DNA of 32,000 nt. Source: Planctopirus limnophila DSM 3776. Its GTDB lineage: Bacteria; Planctomycetota; Planctomycetia; Planctomycetales; Planctomycetaceae. The stretch spans positions 3,810,001-3,842,000 of the forward strand of contig NC_014148.1 of assembly GCF_000092105.1 (NCBI RefSeq), given 5' to 3'. Made by a program: the position numbers and the translations under genes. Below are positions 10,301-18,965 of this stretch, piece by piece (within the stretch, counting starts at the first letter, position 1; each line of letters opens with the position of its first letter). Under the pieces are notes generated by a model, which worked only from the letters and a program-made list of their open reading frames with translations, was not told the origin of the DNA and did not search any database.

Positions 10301-10443
10301 AGGATCGGACGAATATCCCGATTGAACTGCAGCTTTTCACTGGCACTGGCAAGCTGCGGAATGGTCATTTCCAGAGCTGTTACCAGGCACACAGCCGCCA
10401 ATAACTTGCCAGAAAGTCTGTTGCCGCGCAGGTCAAAAATCAT
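7303..10443 (-). CDS. PSCyt1 (planctomycete cytochrome c) / DUF1549 / DUF1553 (PSD1) multidomain protein
   Basis: 1046-aa ORF. After a signal peptide comes the N-terminal heme motif CFQCHGPDSAKREAGLRLD. The DUF1549-type segment is RRVTFDLTGLPPTPAEVEAF. The DUF1553-type segments are CASCHDHKFDP and C-terminal LQALALMND. It forms the classic partner pair with the nearby DUF1501 gene. Confidence 0.9.
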   Translation of the reverse strand: MIFDLRGNRLSGKLLAAVCLVTALEMTIPQLASASEKLQFNRDIRPILSNSCFQCHGPDSAKREAGLRLDQRAAAVAQTASGVQPIVPGDHAASEIISRILSDDPDLKMPPPESGKTVTPEQLATLKRWVSEGAEYESHWSFLPIQRPAVPAVKNDSRVRTPIDQFLQARLEKEGLGLADDADRVTLIRRVTFDLTGLPPTPAEVEAFVTDPAPDAYSKVVDRLLASPRYGEHMARYWLDAARYGDTHGLHLDNERSLWPYREWVINAYNNNLPFDQFTIDQLAGDLLPAPTLDQRVATGFNRCNVTTSEGGAIDAEWYVRYAIDRTDAVGTVWMGLTLTCASCHDHKFDPISQKEFYSLYAFFNSLSDRAMDGNALLPPPVLKLPTADQEARMAELNKEIATLKQQLAQKRKETPYVEPSLDAPADALTVTRRDYIWIDDVLPPGAQPQSNTGSWKFISAAEGPVLAGNLASTRTSEGLDQHFFTGATSPLAIGEGDELFAYVYLDPANPPKTIMLQFNDGTWEHRVYFGEDAIPYGKAGTVGHRHGGPLPPVGQWTRISVNAQHVGLASGAKLNGWAFTQFGGTVYWDKAGIRTLTLQNGESFNSLLAWENYQKQQKKPALPDNIAKLIKIESDKRNANQQKQIVEYFVEYVHPETRQLFEPLNGQIAKLQSEIDAVEKQIPATLVSEDMAQPREAFVLIRGAYDKPGEKVSRATPAALPSMPEDLPRNRLGLAKWLVSREHPLTSRVTVNRIWQQIFGIGIVKSSNDFGSQAEWPTHPELLDWLASEFIESGWDHKKFLKLIVMSQAYRQSSKVTPALYAKDPENLLLGRGPRFRLDAETIRDSVLFTSGLLVERKGGKSVRPYQPSGIWEPVAFQSSNTRTYTRDQGEALFRRSLYTFWKRTAPPPSMTTFDAPSRETCTVRRARTNTPLQALALMNDDQYVEAARHLAGQMISQGGETAAERLNFACLRVLSRNAKADELAVLERVLEKQLEIYRADSKAAEELLNVGTLPKPGQMEAPELAAYTMVANLMLNLDAAITKE

Positions 10444-10544
10444 AGGGGATGCTCTTTCAGGGATGAGGCACTCAGGGAGAAACAGACTTCAAGTCATGAA
10501 ATCCCGTAAATGCACCTGTCAGCTTGACGTTTCAGCAGGCGGGA

Positions 10545-10567
10545 GATGATCGATCATTGAGATCATC
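10545..10567. promoter_or_regulatory. Operator-like composite palindrome about 100 nt upstream of the PSCyt/DUF1553 gene
   Basis: A perfect 12-bp palindrome, atgatcgatcat (10546-10557), is nested in the inverted pair gatgatc (10545-10551) and gatcatc (10561-10567). It lies between the MFS terminator and the start codon at 10443. Confidence 0.25.
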
Positions 10568-10710
10568 CGAACAGCGGATCAATCCATATTGCAACATATG
10601 ATGGTGGAATTGTCCACAAAATTCGCGGAACTGCCTCGACCTGCGATCAATCTTCCCCAGGCAATTTCCAGCAGTGAATCACCTCGGCAAAACCTCCGCC
10701 CATGCCTGTC

Positions 10711-10755
10711 AAAAAGCCAATGGATGGCTTGAAGCACGCACTTCAAGCCATCCAT
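10711..10755 (-). terminator. Rho-independent terminator downstream of the MFS transporter gene
   Basis: A perfect 15-bp stem, atggatggcttgaag (10720-10734) with cttcaagccatccat (10741-10755), has a 6-nt loop. On the minus strand it is followed by tggcttttt. It starts about 90 nt past the stop at 10844. Confidence 0.65.
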
Positions 10756-10843
10756 AGACTGATGATTCACTCAGAATTTCATGGGATATGGTTGCGAATT
10801 CATCGCCCGGCTTCAAAAACCAGGCATCATCGACCAACCCTGA

Positions 10844-12238
10844 TTAGTGACTGACTTTGATCGAACCACTCGACTTCGGTGGATGGAAGAAGAGTAATAG
10901 CAGAATGGCAGCAAAGAATGCCGCTCCGGCCGGAACGAGCAGTAACTGGCTCCAGTTCACAACTTTATTTTCAATTGTATCTCCCGTTGTGAACAGGGCC
11001 TGAAGCCGACCCCAGACCAGCCGCGAAGTGAGTGGGCCCATTCCCAGAATCAGGAAGTTAAAGAGCCCCTGCGCACTCGTTCGCGCATCCTTCGGGAAGT
11101 ACTCGTCGACAAGGATATATAGCGTTGCAAAATAAAACGCGTAGCAGATTCCGTGAGCCAGATTCATACTCACTGCAACGTAAGGATTCGGAGCCAGAGC
11201 CCATAAGCCAAATCGCAGTGTATGGCCCAGAATTCCGATAATCATGGTGTATCGCCAGCCGAGCTTACTGAGGACATATCCCAGCGAATACATCGTCAGA
11301 ATCTCGGCAATCTGGCCCACACTCATGGCCACCTGTGTCCAGTTGCTGGGAACACCGACATGCTGCAGATAACTGTTCGCATAATAGAAAAATCCATCAT
11401 GGACAGTTGCATCAATCCAAGTCGTAAAGAACAGCACCAGAAGGAATGGCTTCTTCAGATAACTAAATGCCTCCACCCAGGCCAGGCTCTTACCCGGCTC
11501 ATGGATTTTCTTAGGCGGTGTATGCGGCAGAGAAAAGCTGAAAACACCTAACAGCAGAGCACCGAGACCACCTGTCATAAAGGCCCAGCTGGTTCCCTGC
11601 GAAAGTGCGCGCCCTTCCAGCGGCGTTCCCAGTGCTTTGCCCAGCCAGCCAATCACTCCACCGGCGGCTGCCATATCTGGCACTTTGGCCCAGTCAACCA
11701 GAATGAATACAAAGGGCCAACTCGCAAGAATCCAGCCGATGGTTCCAAACAGTCGCAACGTTCCGAAATCCCGTTGGGGGTCATTCACGTTTGCAAATGC
11801 CAAAGTATTGGTGACCGAGATGGTCGGAACATAAAAGAGGCAATGCACAGCCATCAAAGCCAGGAAGATATAGAAGTTTGCAGGTGCTGCGTCCGGCTGG
11901 AATGATTGCCAGGCCAACGCTCCAAAGGCGAGCAGTGCCCCCCCGCCTAATAAATGACTTAAGGCCAGGAATTTCTCTGCAGCGAAGTTCCGGTCAACAA
12001 ATTGATTCCCGAAGAACATGGCAAGAATCGCCGAGATCGGAAAACAGATGTGTAACAGCGATTGCTGTGTCTCATCAAACCCCATCGCTGGAAACAGCCC
12101 GAAACTGACTGGCAACCAGGCTCCCCAAATAAAAAATTCGAGGAACATCATCAGTGATAACCGAAATCTCAAGTTACCACTTAAGGGCGGAGCAGTCGAA
12201 ATCACAGAAGCATCACTGGCCATGCCAGGCGACTCCAA
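10844..12238 (-). CDS. MFS transporter, nucleoside:H+ symporter (NupG/XapB/YegT-like) family
   Basis: 464-aa polytopic ORF with about 12 hydrophobic segments. The N-terminal LRFRLSLMMFLEFFIWGAWLPVSFG resembles the conserved first helix of NHS-family permeases. I am confident of the MFS call and less sure of the subfamily. Confidence 0.8.
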   Translation of the reverse strand: MESPGMASDASVISTAPPLSGNLRFRLSLMMFLEFFIWGAWLPVSFGLFPAMGFDETQQSLLHICFPISAILAMFFGNQFVDRNFAAEKFLALSHLLGGGALLAFGALAWQSFQPDAAPANFYIFLALMAVHCLFYVPTISVTNTLAFANVNDPQRDFGTLRLFGTIGWILASWPFVFILVDWAKVPDMAAAGGVIGWLGKALGTPLEGRALSQGTSWAFMTGGLGALLLGVFSFSLPHTPPKKIHEPGKSLAWVEAFSYLKKPFLLVLFFTTWIDATVHDGFFYYANSYLQHVGVPSNWTQVAMSVGQIAEILTMYSLGYVLSKLGWRYTMIIGILGHTLRFGLWALAPNPYVAVSMNLAHGICYAFYFATLYILVDEYFPKDARTSAQGLFNFLILGMGPLTSRLVWGRLQALFTTGDTIENKVVNWSQLLLVPAGAAFFAAILLLLFFHPPKSSGSIKVSH

Positions 12239-12604
12239 ACAGGGTTTGTATTTGAATCGTTAAAAACTCTCGATGCGCATCGTCAACGATCCCGAGATCA
12301 TCCGCGCGAGCTCTGCTGTTCGCAAGTGGGCAACTCCGATTCCTGATAGTTTTCCCCGACTCAACTCTTCGCAGAAAATCAACGGGCATAACAGATCACC
12401 CCTGCCTCGCCACGGTTACAACTCTTCAGGCCGACTCATTCCTGAAACAAACTGTCAATTTTTCTAAACAACCCAGACTACGCATTCTTTACAAAGCGTC
12501 CATATTCGTTACAATCCGCACAAGCGGCGTAAACCGCATTATCGCACCGGCTCGTCGCCGATGTGGTCGGATCAACCGGGTGGCAACCCATCGAGGAGAC
12601 GCAA

Positions 12605-13042
12605 ATGCAGATTTTCAAAGCACTTTGGGATGATTGTCAGGGGGCAGTTCTCTCTGCCGAACTCGTGCTGCTGGGCACAGTCGGAGTTTTGGGCACAGTC
12701 GTTGGCTTGAACGCCGCCACAAATGCCATTAACGCCGAGATGGTCGAATTGGCCGAGGCTTTCCGCAGTCTTGACCAAAGCTACGTGGTGCGGGGTCATC
12801 AGTCCTGTGGAGCCTGGACAGCTGGCTCTTACTACCGCCAAAAGCATGTCGAAGAATCGGTGGCATCGATTTGTGCCAACGGTGAAATTGACCGCGATGT
12901 CCTTGAAGAGCAGATTCGCAGCCAGCGCGGAGAACCTGTCCCTGCTGAAGAACCTGCTCCTCCCGAAGAAATGACCCCGGAAATGGGTCAAGGCACCGCT
13001 TTGCCTCAAAATGAAATCCGCATCAGCCCACGCGATGCCTGA
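12605..13042 (+). CDS. Flp/Fap-pilin-like small protein with an extended C-terminal domain
   Basis: ATG 12605 is preceded by gaggag 6 nt upstream. The track ORF begins at an upstream GTG at 12563. The N-terminus MQIFKALWDDCQGAVLSAELVLLGTVGVLGTVVGLNAATNAINAEM resembles the Flp prepilin leader (G/A site, Glu, then a hydrophobic helix). About 95 further residues follow, with two Cys and an acidic, Pro-rich tail. A strong terminator follows. Confidence 0.6.
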   Translation: MQIFKALWDDCQGAVLSAELVLLGTVGVLGTVVGLNAATNAINAEMVELAEAFRSLDQSYVVRGHQSCGAWTAGSYYRQKHVEESVASICANGEIDRDVLEEQIRSQRGEPVPAEEPAPPEEMTPEMGQGTALPQNEIRISPRDA

Positions 13043-13124
13043 TTTCTCTTGAACCATCGACATTCTCAGCGAGTTAACATAGCGATTTGCCACACGCCCT
13101 GTTGCACTTGAAGAGAATTAACGA

Positions 13125-13186
13125 ACATTCCTCGATCGGCTGAAAGTCCTCTTTCAGAGTTCACCCGATCGAGGAATGTTTTTTTA
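13125..13186 (+). terminator. Strong nested-hairpin Rho-independent terminator, possibly bidirectional between convergent units
   Basis: The outer perfect 15-bp stem is acattcctcgatcgg (13125-13139) with ccgatcgaggaatgt (13165-13179). The inner 7-bp stem is ctgaaag (13140-13146) with ctttcag (13151-13157). A T7 run follows. On the minus strand the hairpin is preceded by A7 and followed by tcgttaattctctt, so it may also stop the cox operon. Confidence 0.8.
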
Positions 13187-13421
13187 TGGTCTTCGGACTC
13201 TTTCTGATCACCAATCATGTTGTCAAAAACAACGACTGACCAAGGTTAACTTGCTGATACGCCCCCAGCGTCAACACCTTCAACTGCTGACTCTTCCTCA
13301 ACCTTCGTAACCTTCGTGGTCGAATTGCATCTTCCATCAAGTAGAGCATCACTTAGCGCAGTCGTATGCACCAATCCTTCAGCCATTCTCACACATCATC
13401 TGGAAGAAAAGGAGAGCAGCG

Positions 13422-13802
13422 TTAATGGGCGTTCGTAGGCTCGCTGGAATGGTGACCTGAATCACCATCTGCCTGCAGACGGGCATACTCCCGGCTTTGC
13501 CGGGTATCCTGCGGGTAATAGTGCATGCCCACATCCGGTAATAGCGACAGCGGCAAAGCAAGGGCCAGCACAATCGTCGGTGCGAGTAAAACATACTTCC
13601 AGCCGCTCTCAAACTTCAGATGCATAAAGTAGAGCATCACACAGAGCGCCTTGGCCGTCGCGACAGCCAGCACAATCGCCACGATGATGCGGCGGTCTGC
13701 CAGTGATAGCAGATCAGCGACGACTGAGAGTACCGTCAGCCCGCAAAGAGCGAGAAAAACACGAAAGTAAGTATTTCCGTGCAGATGTGCCATATCAGCC
13801 AT
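13422..13802 (-). CDS. ctaF: Cytochrome c oxidase subunit IV (prokaryotic COX4_pro type)
   Basis: 126-aa ORF with three hydrophobic helices. The family motif is AKALCVMLYFMHLKFE. It is the last gene of the cox cluster. Confidence 0.8.
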   Translation of the reverse strand: MADMAHLHGNTYFRVFLALCGLTVLSVVADLLSLADRRIIVAIVLAVATAKALCVMLYFMHLKFESGWKYVLLAPTIVLALALPLSLLPDVGMHYYPQDTRQSREYARLQADGDSGHHSSEPTNAH

Positions 13803-13859
13803 GTTTCACCAGTTGGAATGACCCTGCTCTAAACAGACATTAAGATCAAATATCAATCA

Positions 13860-14915
13860 TTAGATAATGTAGATTAATGGAAACAGGAAGATCCACACCA
13901 GATCCACAAAGTGCCAGTACAACCCGACATTTTCAACGACCACGGCATGCCGGAATGCCAGCTTACTGCCCATCGCCAGAAGGACCAGGAACATGATCAG
14001 TCCGATGATCACATGCAGTGCGTGAAAACCTGTCATCAGGAAATAGTTCGAAGCAAACAGGTTTCCATAGAGTATCGGCACCGCGGGATGAAAGTTTCCC
14101 AGTATGGGCGATAACTCGACATCCTTCTTCAGTGACTCCACAAACGAATTCACGTCGGCAAGTGTAATCGCAGGAAATTGGCCGGGAGTCGGCGAACTCC
14201 GATACTCAATCAGCTGCTCGGGAGTCACCGACATGGCCAAACCGAATCGAACATGATTTTCCAGACTGCTCGCTGCTTCATTCAGGCGAGAAAGTGCCTT
14301 GAGCTGTGCCACGGTTGCAGCTTTTCCTGCTGGGGGAGCATCCTTGGGATCGGTTGTCGCGGTTTCGTTTCCGGCACTGGCAATGCGATTGCCCAGTTCA
14401 GTTCGGCGGTCAGCAGCAGGTGAACCAGGAAAGATCGCTGCCAGTTCACGATCCACGACACGTTGCAGCCGGCTGGCTGTGGCGAACATCGCTTCCGTCG
14501 GCGTTTCCGGAATTTTTCCCGGGATGATTTCGTGCTCGAACTTACCCGCGTACTCGACTGATTTAATCCCAAGAAAAACCAGTCCCAGCAGCAGAGTGAA
14601 GGCGATAAATTTGCGGGCCTCCTTGAAGTTCGACACCAGCATCTTTTCATGAGCGACGACGACAAAGTAGCTGGAGACAATCAGTACGAAGGTATTCAGC
14701 CCGCCCAGCCAGACATTGATATGTGTAACGTGCGGATCGGTCGGCCAGCCGGGAGAACCATTTCGACTGATGATATAGCTACCGATAAAGGCCGAGAAAA
14801 ACATAATCTCGGTCCCCAGAAACAGCCACATTCCCAGTTTGGAATTCGGAATGGGGAGACCCATACGCGGAAGAGTTCCGGCCTGGGAAGCAGTTGCTGG
14901 TGCTGAGGAGTGCAT
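13860..14915 (-). CDS. ctaE: Cytochrome c oxidase subunit III carrying a large hydrophilic insertion
   Basis: 351-aa ORF. The family motifs are [38 protein letters not shown] and [13 protein letters not shown]. About 167 residues separate the EY and YF..TGFH motifs, where canonical proteins have about 15-20. Confidence 0.9.
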   Translation of the reverse strand: MHSSAPATASQAGTLPRMGLPIPNSKLGMWLFLGTEIMFFSAFIGSYIISRNGSPGWPTDPHVTHINVWLGGLNTFVLIVSSYFVVVAHEKMLVSNFKEARKFIAFTLLLGLVFLGIKSVEYAGKFEHEIIPGKIPETPTEAMFATASRLQRVVDRELAAIFPGSPAADRRTELGNRIASAGNETATTDPKDAPPAGKAATVAQLKALSRLNEAASSLENHVRFGLAMSVTPEQLIEYRSSPTPGQFPAITLADVNSFVESLKKDVELSPILGNFHPAVPILYGNLFASNYFLMTGFHALHVIIGLIMFLVLLAMGSKLAFRHAVVVENVGLYWHFVDLVWIFLFPLIYII

Positions 14916-14970
14916 AGAGTGCAGTTTTCTTCAGTGGCCGGGAAACAAAAGAACTCAAATCAGTTCGTCA

Positions 14971-15951
14971 TTAGTTAATGGCAGAAGACGACATTGAAAG
15001 CAGGCCCAGGTGATCTCCCACCAAGGCCAATAGCACCAGAGGTAAATACACAATTGATACCAGGATCAGCCGGCGGGCCGTCGCTGGTCGTTCATGCCAG
15101 GCAAACGCTATCGAAGCAGCGAGATAGCACAGCCCCAGCACAATCGCCAGTACAAAGTAGGTCATGCCACCCACACCTGCCACAACGGGTAACAGGCTGA
15201 TCGGAATCAGAATTGTGGCATACGCGGTCGCAATCAACCCTGTCACATGGGGTTTTGGCAATCCCATCGGAAGCATCTTCAGACCAGCCAGCAAATATTC
15301 ATCGCGGTACTTCCAGGCAATGGCCATAAAGTGCGGGAACTGCCATAAGAAGAGAATGGCAAACAGCGAGAACGAAGCCAGATCCAGATTGGCACCAGCC
15401 GCTGCCCAGCCAATGACAGGGGGTAACGCTCCAGGAATGGCACCGACCGCTGTGCAGATCGGCGAGACTCTCTTCAGTGGCGTATAAACACCGACATAAA
15501 GTGCCCAGGTGGCGGCTGTCAGAATTGCCGTCTGGATGTTGACCATCGCCACGAGCATTGTACAGCCGGCAGATCCCATGAGCAGACCGACACCCAGGGC
15601 TTCCCAGGGGGACATTCGCCCTGCCGGCAACGGACGATTTCGCGTCCGCCGCATTCGACTATCAGTCTCCTGCTCCAGCCACTGGTTCAAAGCCGAGGAG
15701 GCCGTAGAAACCAGAGCCACGCCAGCCCAGGTCCAGAGCAACACGGCCCAGTCCCAGTTCTCGCGGGGCGCCAGCGTGTAGCCGACAGTGACCGTAATCA
15801 GCACCATCACCGCAATTCGCGGCTTGGAAATTGCCAGCCAGTCAGCCAGCCGGCTTCCCAAAGCCTCGATGCGGGTTTCATCGAGCACAATGCTCTGTGA
15901 TGAATGCTGTGGAAGCGATGAATTTGGTAACAGCGGGGAGTTCTGCGACAT
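14971..15951 (-). CDS. ctaB: Protoheme IX farnesyltransferase (heme O synthase)
   Basis: 326-aa polytopic ORF. The UbiA-family motifs are NQWLEQETDSRMRRTRNRPLPAGRMSP and FLWQFPHFMAIAW. Its start lies 2 nt from the ctaA stop, which suggests translational coupling. Confidence 0.92.
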   Translation of the reverse strand: MSQNSPLLPNSSLPQHSSQSIVLDETRIEALGSRLADWLAISKPRIAVMVLITVTVGYTLAPRENWDWAVLLWTWAGVALVSTASSALNQWLEQETDSRMRRTRNRPLPAGRMSPWEALGVGLLMGSAGCTMLVAMVNIQTAILTAATWALYVGVYTPLKRVSPICTAVGAIPGALPPVIGWAAAGANLDLASFSLFAILFLWQFPHFMAIAWKYRDEYLLAGLKMLPMGLPKPHVTGLIATAYATILIPISLLPVVAGVGGMTYFVLAIVLGLCYLAASIAFAWHERPATARRLILVSIVYLPLVLLALVGDHLGLLSMSSSAIN

Positions 15952-15953
15952 CG

Positions 15954-16940
15954 TTAAACAGCACCTCCAGCAAGTCGGCTGGAACCATCGAGTGGGGTTG
16001 TCAGCGAGCTATTGCGAGTTTTTGTTTCCACTGTAGTTTCTGACACCGGGGCGTGGACTGGGGCTGTCCGAATCAAGCGTGCGATCATCACACCCAATCC
16101 CATAAAACCCAGCACAGCTCCCAGCGTGTGGAGCGATCTCAAAGCACTCAAAGCCGACGTCTGCTGAATGGCCACAATCCCGGCATCTGGCCAGCCATAG
16201 CGAAACAGCCAGGTCCCCAATCCAATGAGGAACTGCCCATTCACAAGAAGCAGCATCAGATTGGCCCAACTGCTGAGCCAGGGATGATGAAGTCGGCGGA
16301 TCAGTACCCAGGTGATCGCAGCGACTCCCAGAACCACAAATGCAAAGTAGGGATGATCTCGCCACGCATGAGCTGCACCGAGATGTCGGAGCATCCCTCC
16401 AAGAACCGACTGCAGAAAGAAGACCAGACATAGGACGACTGTAGCCGAAAAAGCTGCCCGGGTTCGCGTGCCTGTCGGCAATCGCTCAACATTCGCCCAG
16501 CGAGGACTCATGACTGCCACAGCGATCGCCATGACCGTAAAGACCCAGCAGGCAAAGTTCCCATGGATCATGGCCAGAACTTTACTTACCTGACTGACGC
16601 GCATCCCGCCCAGCAATCCCTGGGCAATCACCAGCACTAAAACCAAAGTTGCCAGAATGCGAACAGCCGGTCGTTGTGGTGTCAGAAAAGCTGAACCGCA
16701 TAGTAGAAGTGCGAAAAAACCTGTCAGCATTCCCGCCAGACGATGCCCGTGCTCCAGAAACTTGTCTGGCTCCCCAATCGATTGCAGCCAAGGGTAAGCC
16801 AACATGCTGTAGCCATCCGAAGTTGGCCAATCTGGAAAGGCCATGCCCGCATCGACAGTCGTCACGACAGCCCCCATCGAAATGAGAGGTAACGCCGAAA
16901 TCAGCGTCAACCACGCAAATATGGAGGGTAGATTTTTCAT
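15954..16940 (-). CDS. ctaA: Heme A synthase (COX15/CtaA family)
   Basis: 328-aa ORF with about 8 TM segments. Paired His motifs are EHGHRLAGM, MIHGNFA, LRHLGAAHAW and SLHTLGA. Confidence 0.88.
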   Translation of the reverse strand: MKNLPSIFAWLTLISALPLISMGAVVTTVDAGMAFPDWPTSDGYSMLAYPWLQSIGEPDKFLEHGHRLAGMLTGFFALLLCGSAFLTPQRPAVRILATLVLVLVIAQGLLGGMRVSQVSKVLAMIHGNFACWVFTVMAIAVAVMSPRWANVERLPTGTRTRAAFSATVVLCLVFFLQSVLGGMLRHLGAAHAWRDHPYFAFVVLGVAAITWVLIRRLHHPWLSSWANLMLLLVNGQFLIGLGTWLFRYGWPDAGIVAIQQTSALSALRSLHTLGAVLGFMGLGVMIARLIRTAPVHAPVSETTVETKTRNSSLTTPLDGSSRLAGGAV

Positions 16941-17045
16941 AATGGCACTCGACTCGAATTGTAAGTTAAAAACCGGCTAATGACTTTCTCTCGATGTCTC
17001 TATTAATAAGTCTCTTGAATCTCTCACATAACAAAATCGGTCGTA

Positions 17046-18854
17046 TCAATGCCCTTGAGACTGATCGGGCCGACGTGGCATGTATTCCGTCTGTGGTAAA
17101 AAATCATTCTCGCCAGATACGGGCGAACTGTATTCGTAAGGCCCATGATAGACCACAGGCTGCACATCAAAATTCCCATGTGGCGGTGGCGAAGGTGCCT
17201 GCCACTCCAACCCATTCGAATTCCATGGGTTTCTTCCACACTTCTTGCCGAAGAAAATGCTCCAGCCAAAATTAAACAGCAGAATGAACTGGGCAAACCC
17301 CATCACGATCGCCGCATAAGTCATGAACTGATTCAGCGGCAGCAGATGTTCCAGATAAGGGAAGTGATAAGGATCGGCATACCTTCTGGGCATACCACCA
17401 ATCCCTAACAGATGCATGGGGAAGAATGTGCAGTTGAAAGCCGCAAAGGTAATAAAAAAGTGAATCTGCCCCAGGCGATCACTCATCATGCGGCCGAACA
17501 TTTTTGGAAACCAGAAATGGATCGCCGCAAAAATCCCGAACAGAGTCGATCCAAAGAGGATGTAATGAAAGTGAGCGACAATAAAGTAAGTATCATGGAT
17601 ATAGACATCGACAGGGACAGCGGCCATAAAAATGCCCGAAAGTCCGCCGGTAATAAACATCGACACAAAAGCCGCGCAGTTTAATAGCACCGTATTAAAC
17701 TGGAGCTTTCCACCCCACATCGTGCCAATCCAGTTGAACGTCTTGATGGCTGATGGAAGCGCAATCAGGATCGTCGAAACCATAAACGTCATGCCGACAA
17801 TCGGGTTCATCCCACTGGTAAACATGTGGTGCCCCCAGACAATGAATCCCAGGCCCGCAATTGTCGCCATGGAAAAAATCATCGGCTTATAGCCAAACAG
17901 AGGCTTGCGGCTCATGCAGGCCAGCATATCACTCACCATCCCCATGGCTGGTAGTAACATGATGTAAACAGCCGGATGCGAATAGAACCAGAACAAATGC
18001 TGCCACATCAGCGGTTGTCCGCCACCCACGGTTGCCGGAGCGTTATTGACAACCAGCCCGCCCGGGATAAAGAACGTGGTTCCGAGCATGCGGTCAGCCA
18101 GCATCATAAAACCGGCTGCGGTTAGAACAGGCAAAGCAAATGCCTGAAGAATTGCGGTAATAAACATTCCCCAGATCGTCATCGGCATGCGGAACAATGT
18201 CATGCCCGGGGCACGCATATTAATAATGGTCGTCATATAGTTGATCGACCCGAACATTGAGCTGAAACCGACAAATGTCAGTCCAAACAGCCAGAGTGTT
18301 TGTGCAAAGCCTGAACCTGGAGCAGCTTGGGGAAGGACCGCCAGGACTGGATAAATCGTCCAGCCTGCCGCCGGGCCGCCATCATAAGCAAACGACAGCA
18401 TGAAGCAGCCGATGGCAGGCCACATGAACCAGTAGCTCAACATGTTGAGTGTCGGAAAGGCCATATCTTCGGCACCGATCTGCAGTGGGATCAGAAAGTT
18501 GCCAAAAGCACCCGCAAGAATGGGAATGACCACCAGGAAGATCATGACGGTCGCATGCATCGTAAACAGCATGGTGTAGGCTTCGGGAGTGATCTGCCCG
18601 CCATCTGTGCGAAAGAGCATGTCCCCCAGAATTGGCATCCGCTCCCACGGCCACGCCAGTTGCCAGCGCACGCCCAGAGCCAACGCTCCGCCAACCATCA
18701 GCATCAACAGAGTCGTGAATAAGAACTGGATACCGATCACCTTATGATCGGTTGAGAATATATAGCGACGAATCCAGCCCGGCTGATGATGCACAGCGTG
18801 CATTTCATCTCCAGGAGGAATAGAGACAGCAGGTGGTGTAATGGTCGCACTCAA
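17046..18854 (-). CDS. ctaD: Cytochrome c oxidase subunit I (heme-copper oxidase catalytic subunit)
   Basis: 602-aa ORF. The hallmarks are STDHKVIGIQFLF, WFYSHPAVYIMLLPAMG, VWGHHMF and VAHFHYILFG. Confidence 0.97.
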   Translation of the reverse strand: MSATITPPAVSIPPGDEMHAVHHQPGWIRRYIFSTDHKVIGIQFLFTTLLMLMVGGALALGVRWQLAWPWERMPILGDMLFRTDGGQITPEAYTMLFTMHATVMIFLVVIPILAGAFGNFLIPLQIGAEDMAFPTLNMLSYWFMWPAIGCFMLSFAYDGGPAAGWTIYPVLAVLPQAAPGSGFAQTLWLFGLTFVGFSSMFGSINYMTTIINMRAPGMTLFRMPMTIWGMFITAILQAFALPVLTAAGFMMLADRMLGTTFFIPGGLVVNNAPATVGGGQPLMWQHLFWFYSHPAVYIMLLPAMGMVSDMLACMSRKPLFGYKPMIFSMATIAGLGFIVWGHHMFTSGMNPIVGMTFMVSTILIALPSAIKTFNWIGTMWGGKLQFNTVLLNCAAFVSMFITGGLSGIFMAAVPVDVYIHDTYFIVAHFHYILFGSTLFGIFAAIHFWFPKMFGRMMSDRLGQIHFFITFAAFNCTFFPMHLLGIGGMPRRYADPYHFPYLEHLLPLNQFMTYAAIVMGFAQFILLFNFGWSIFFGKKCGRNPWNSNGLEWQAPSPPPHGNFDVQPVVYHGPYEYSSPVSGENDFLPQTEYMPRRPDQSQGH

Positions 18855-18965
18855 TGGTACGTCCTTTTTCTATGTCAACTAACAAACGGACTTTTGCCAG
18901 CAATTACGGGAACGTCGAAAACAATATCAGTCACTCAACATCAGAGATAAATCGTCCAGCAAAAC

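Noticed and set aside
13300-13317. Short tandem duplications: aaccttcgt x2 (13300-13317) and cccacgaag x2 (3880-3897)
   Set aside because: Each has only two copies of 9 bp, which is consistent with replication slippage or chance. They are not a repeat array or CRISPR.
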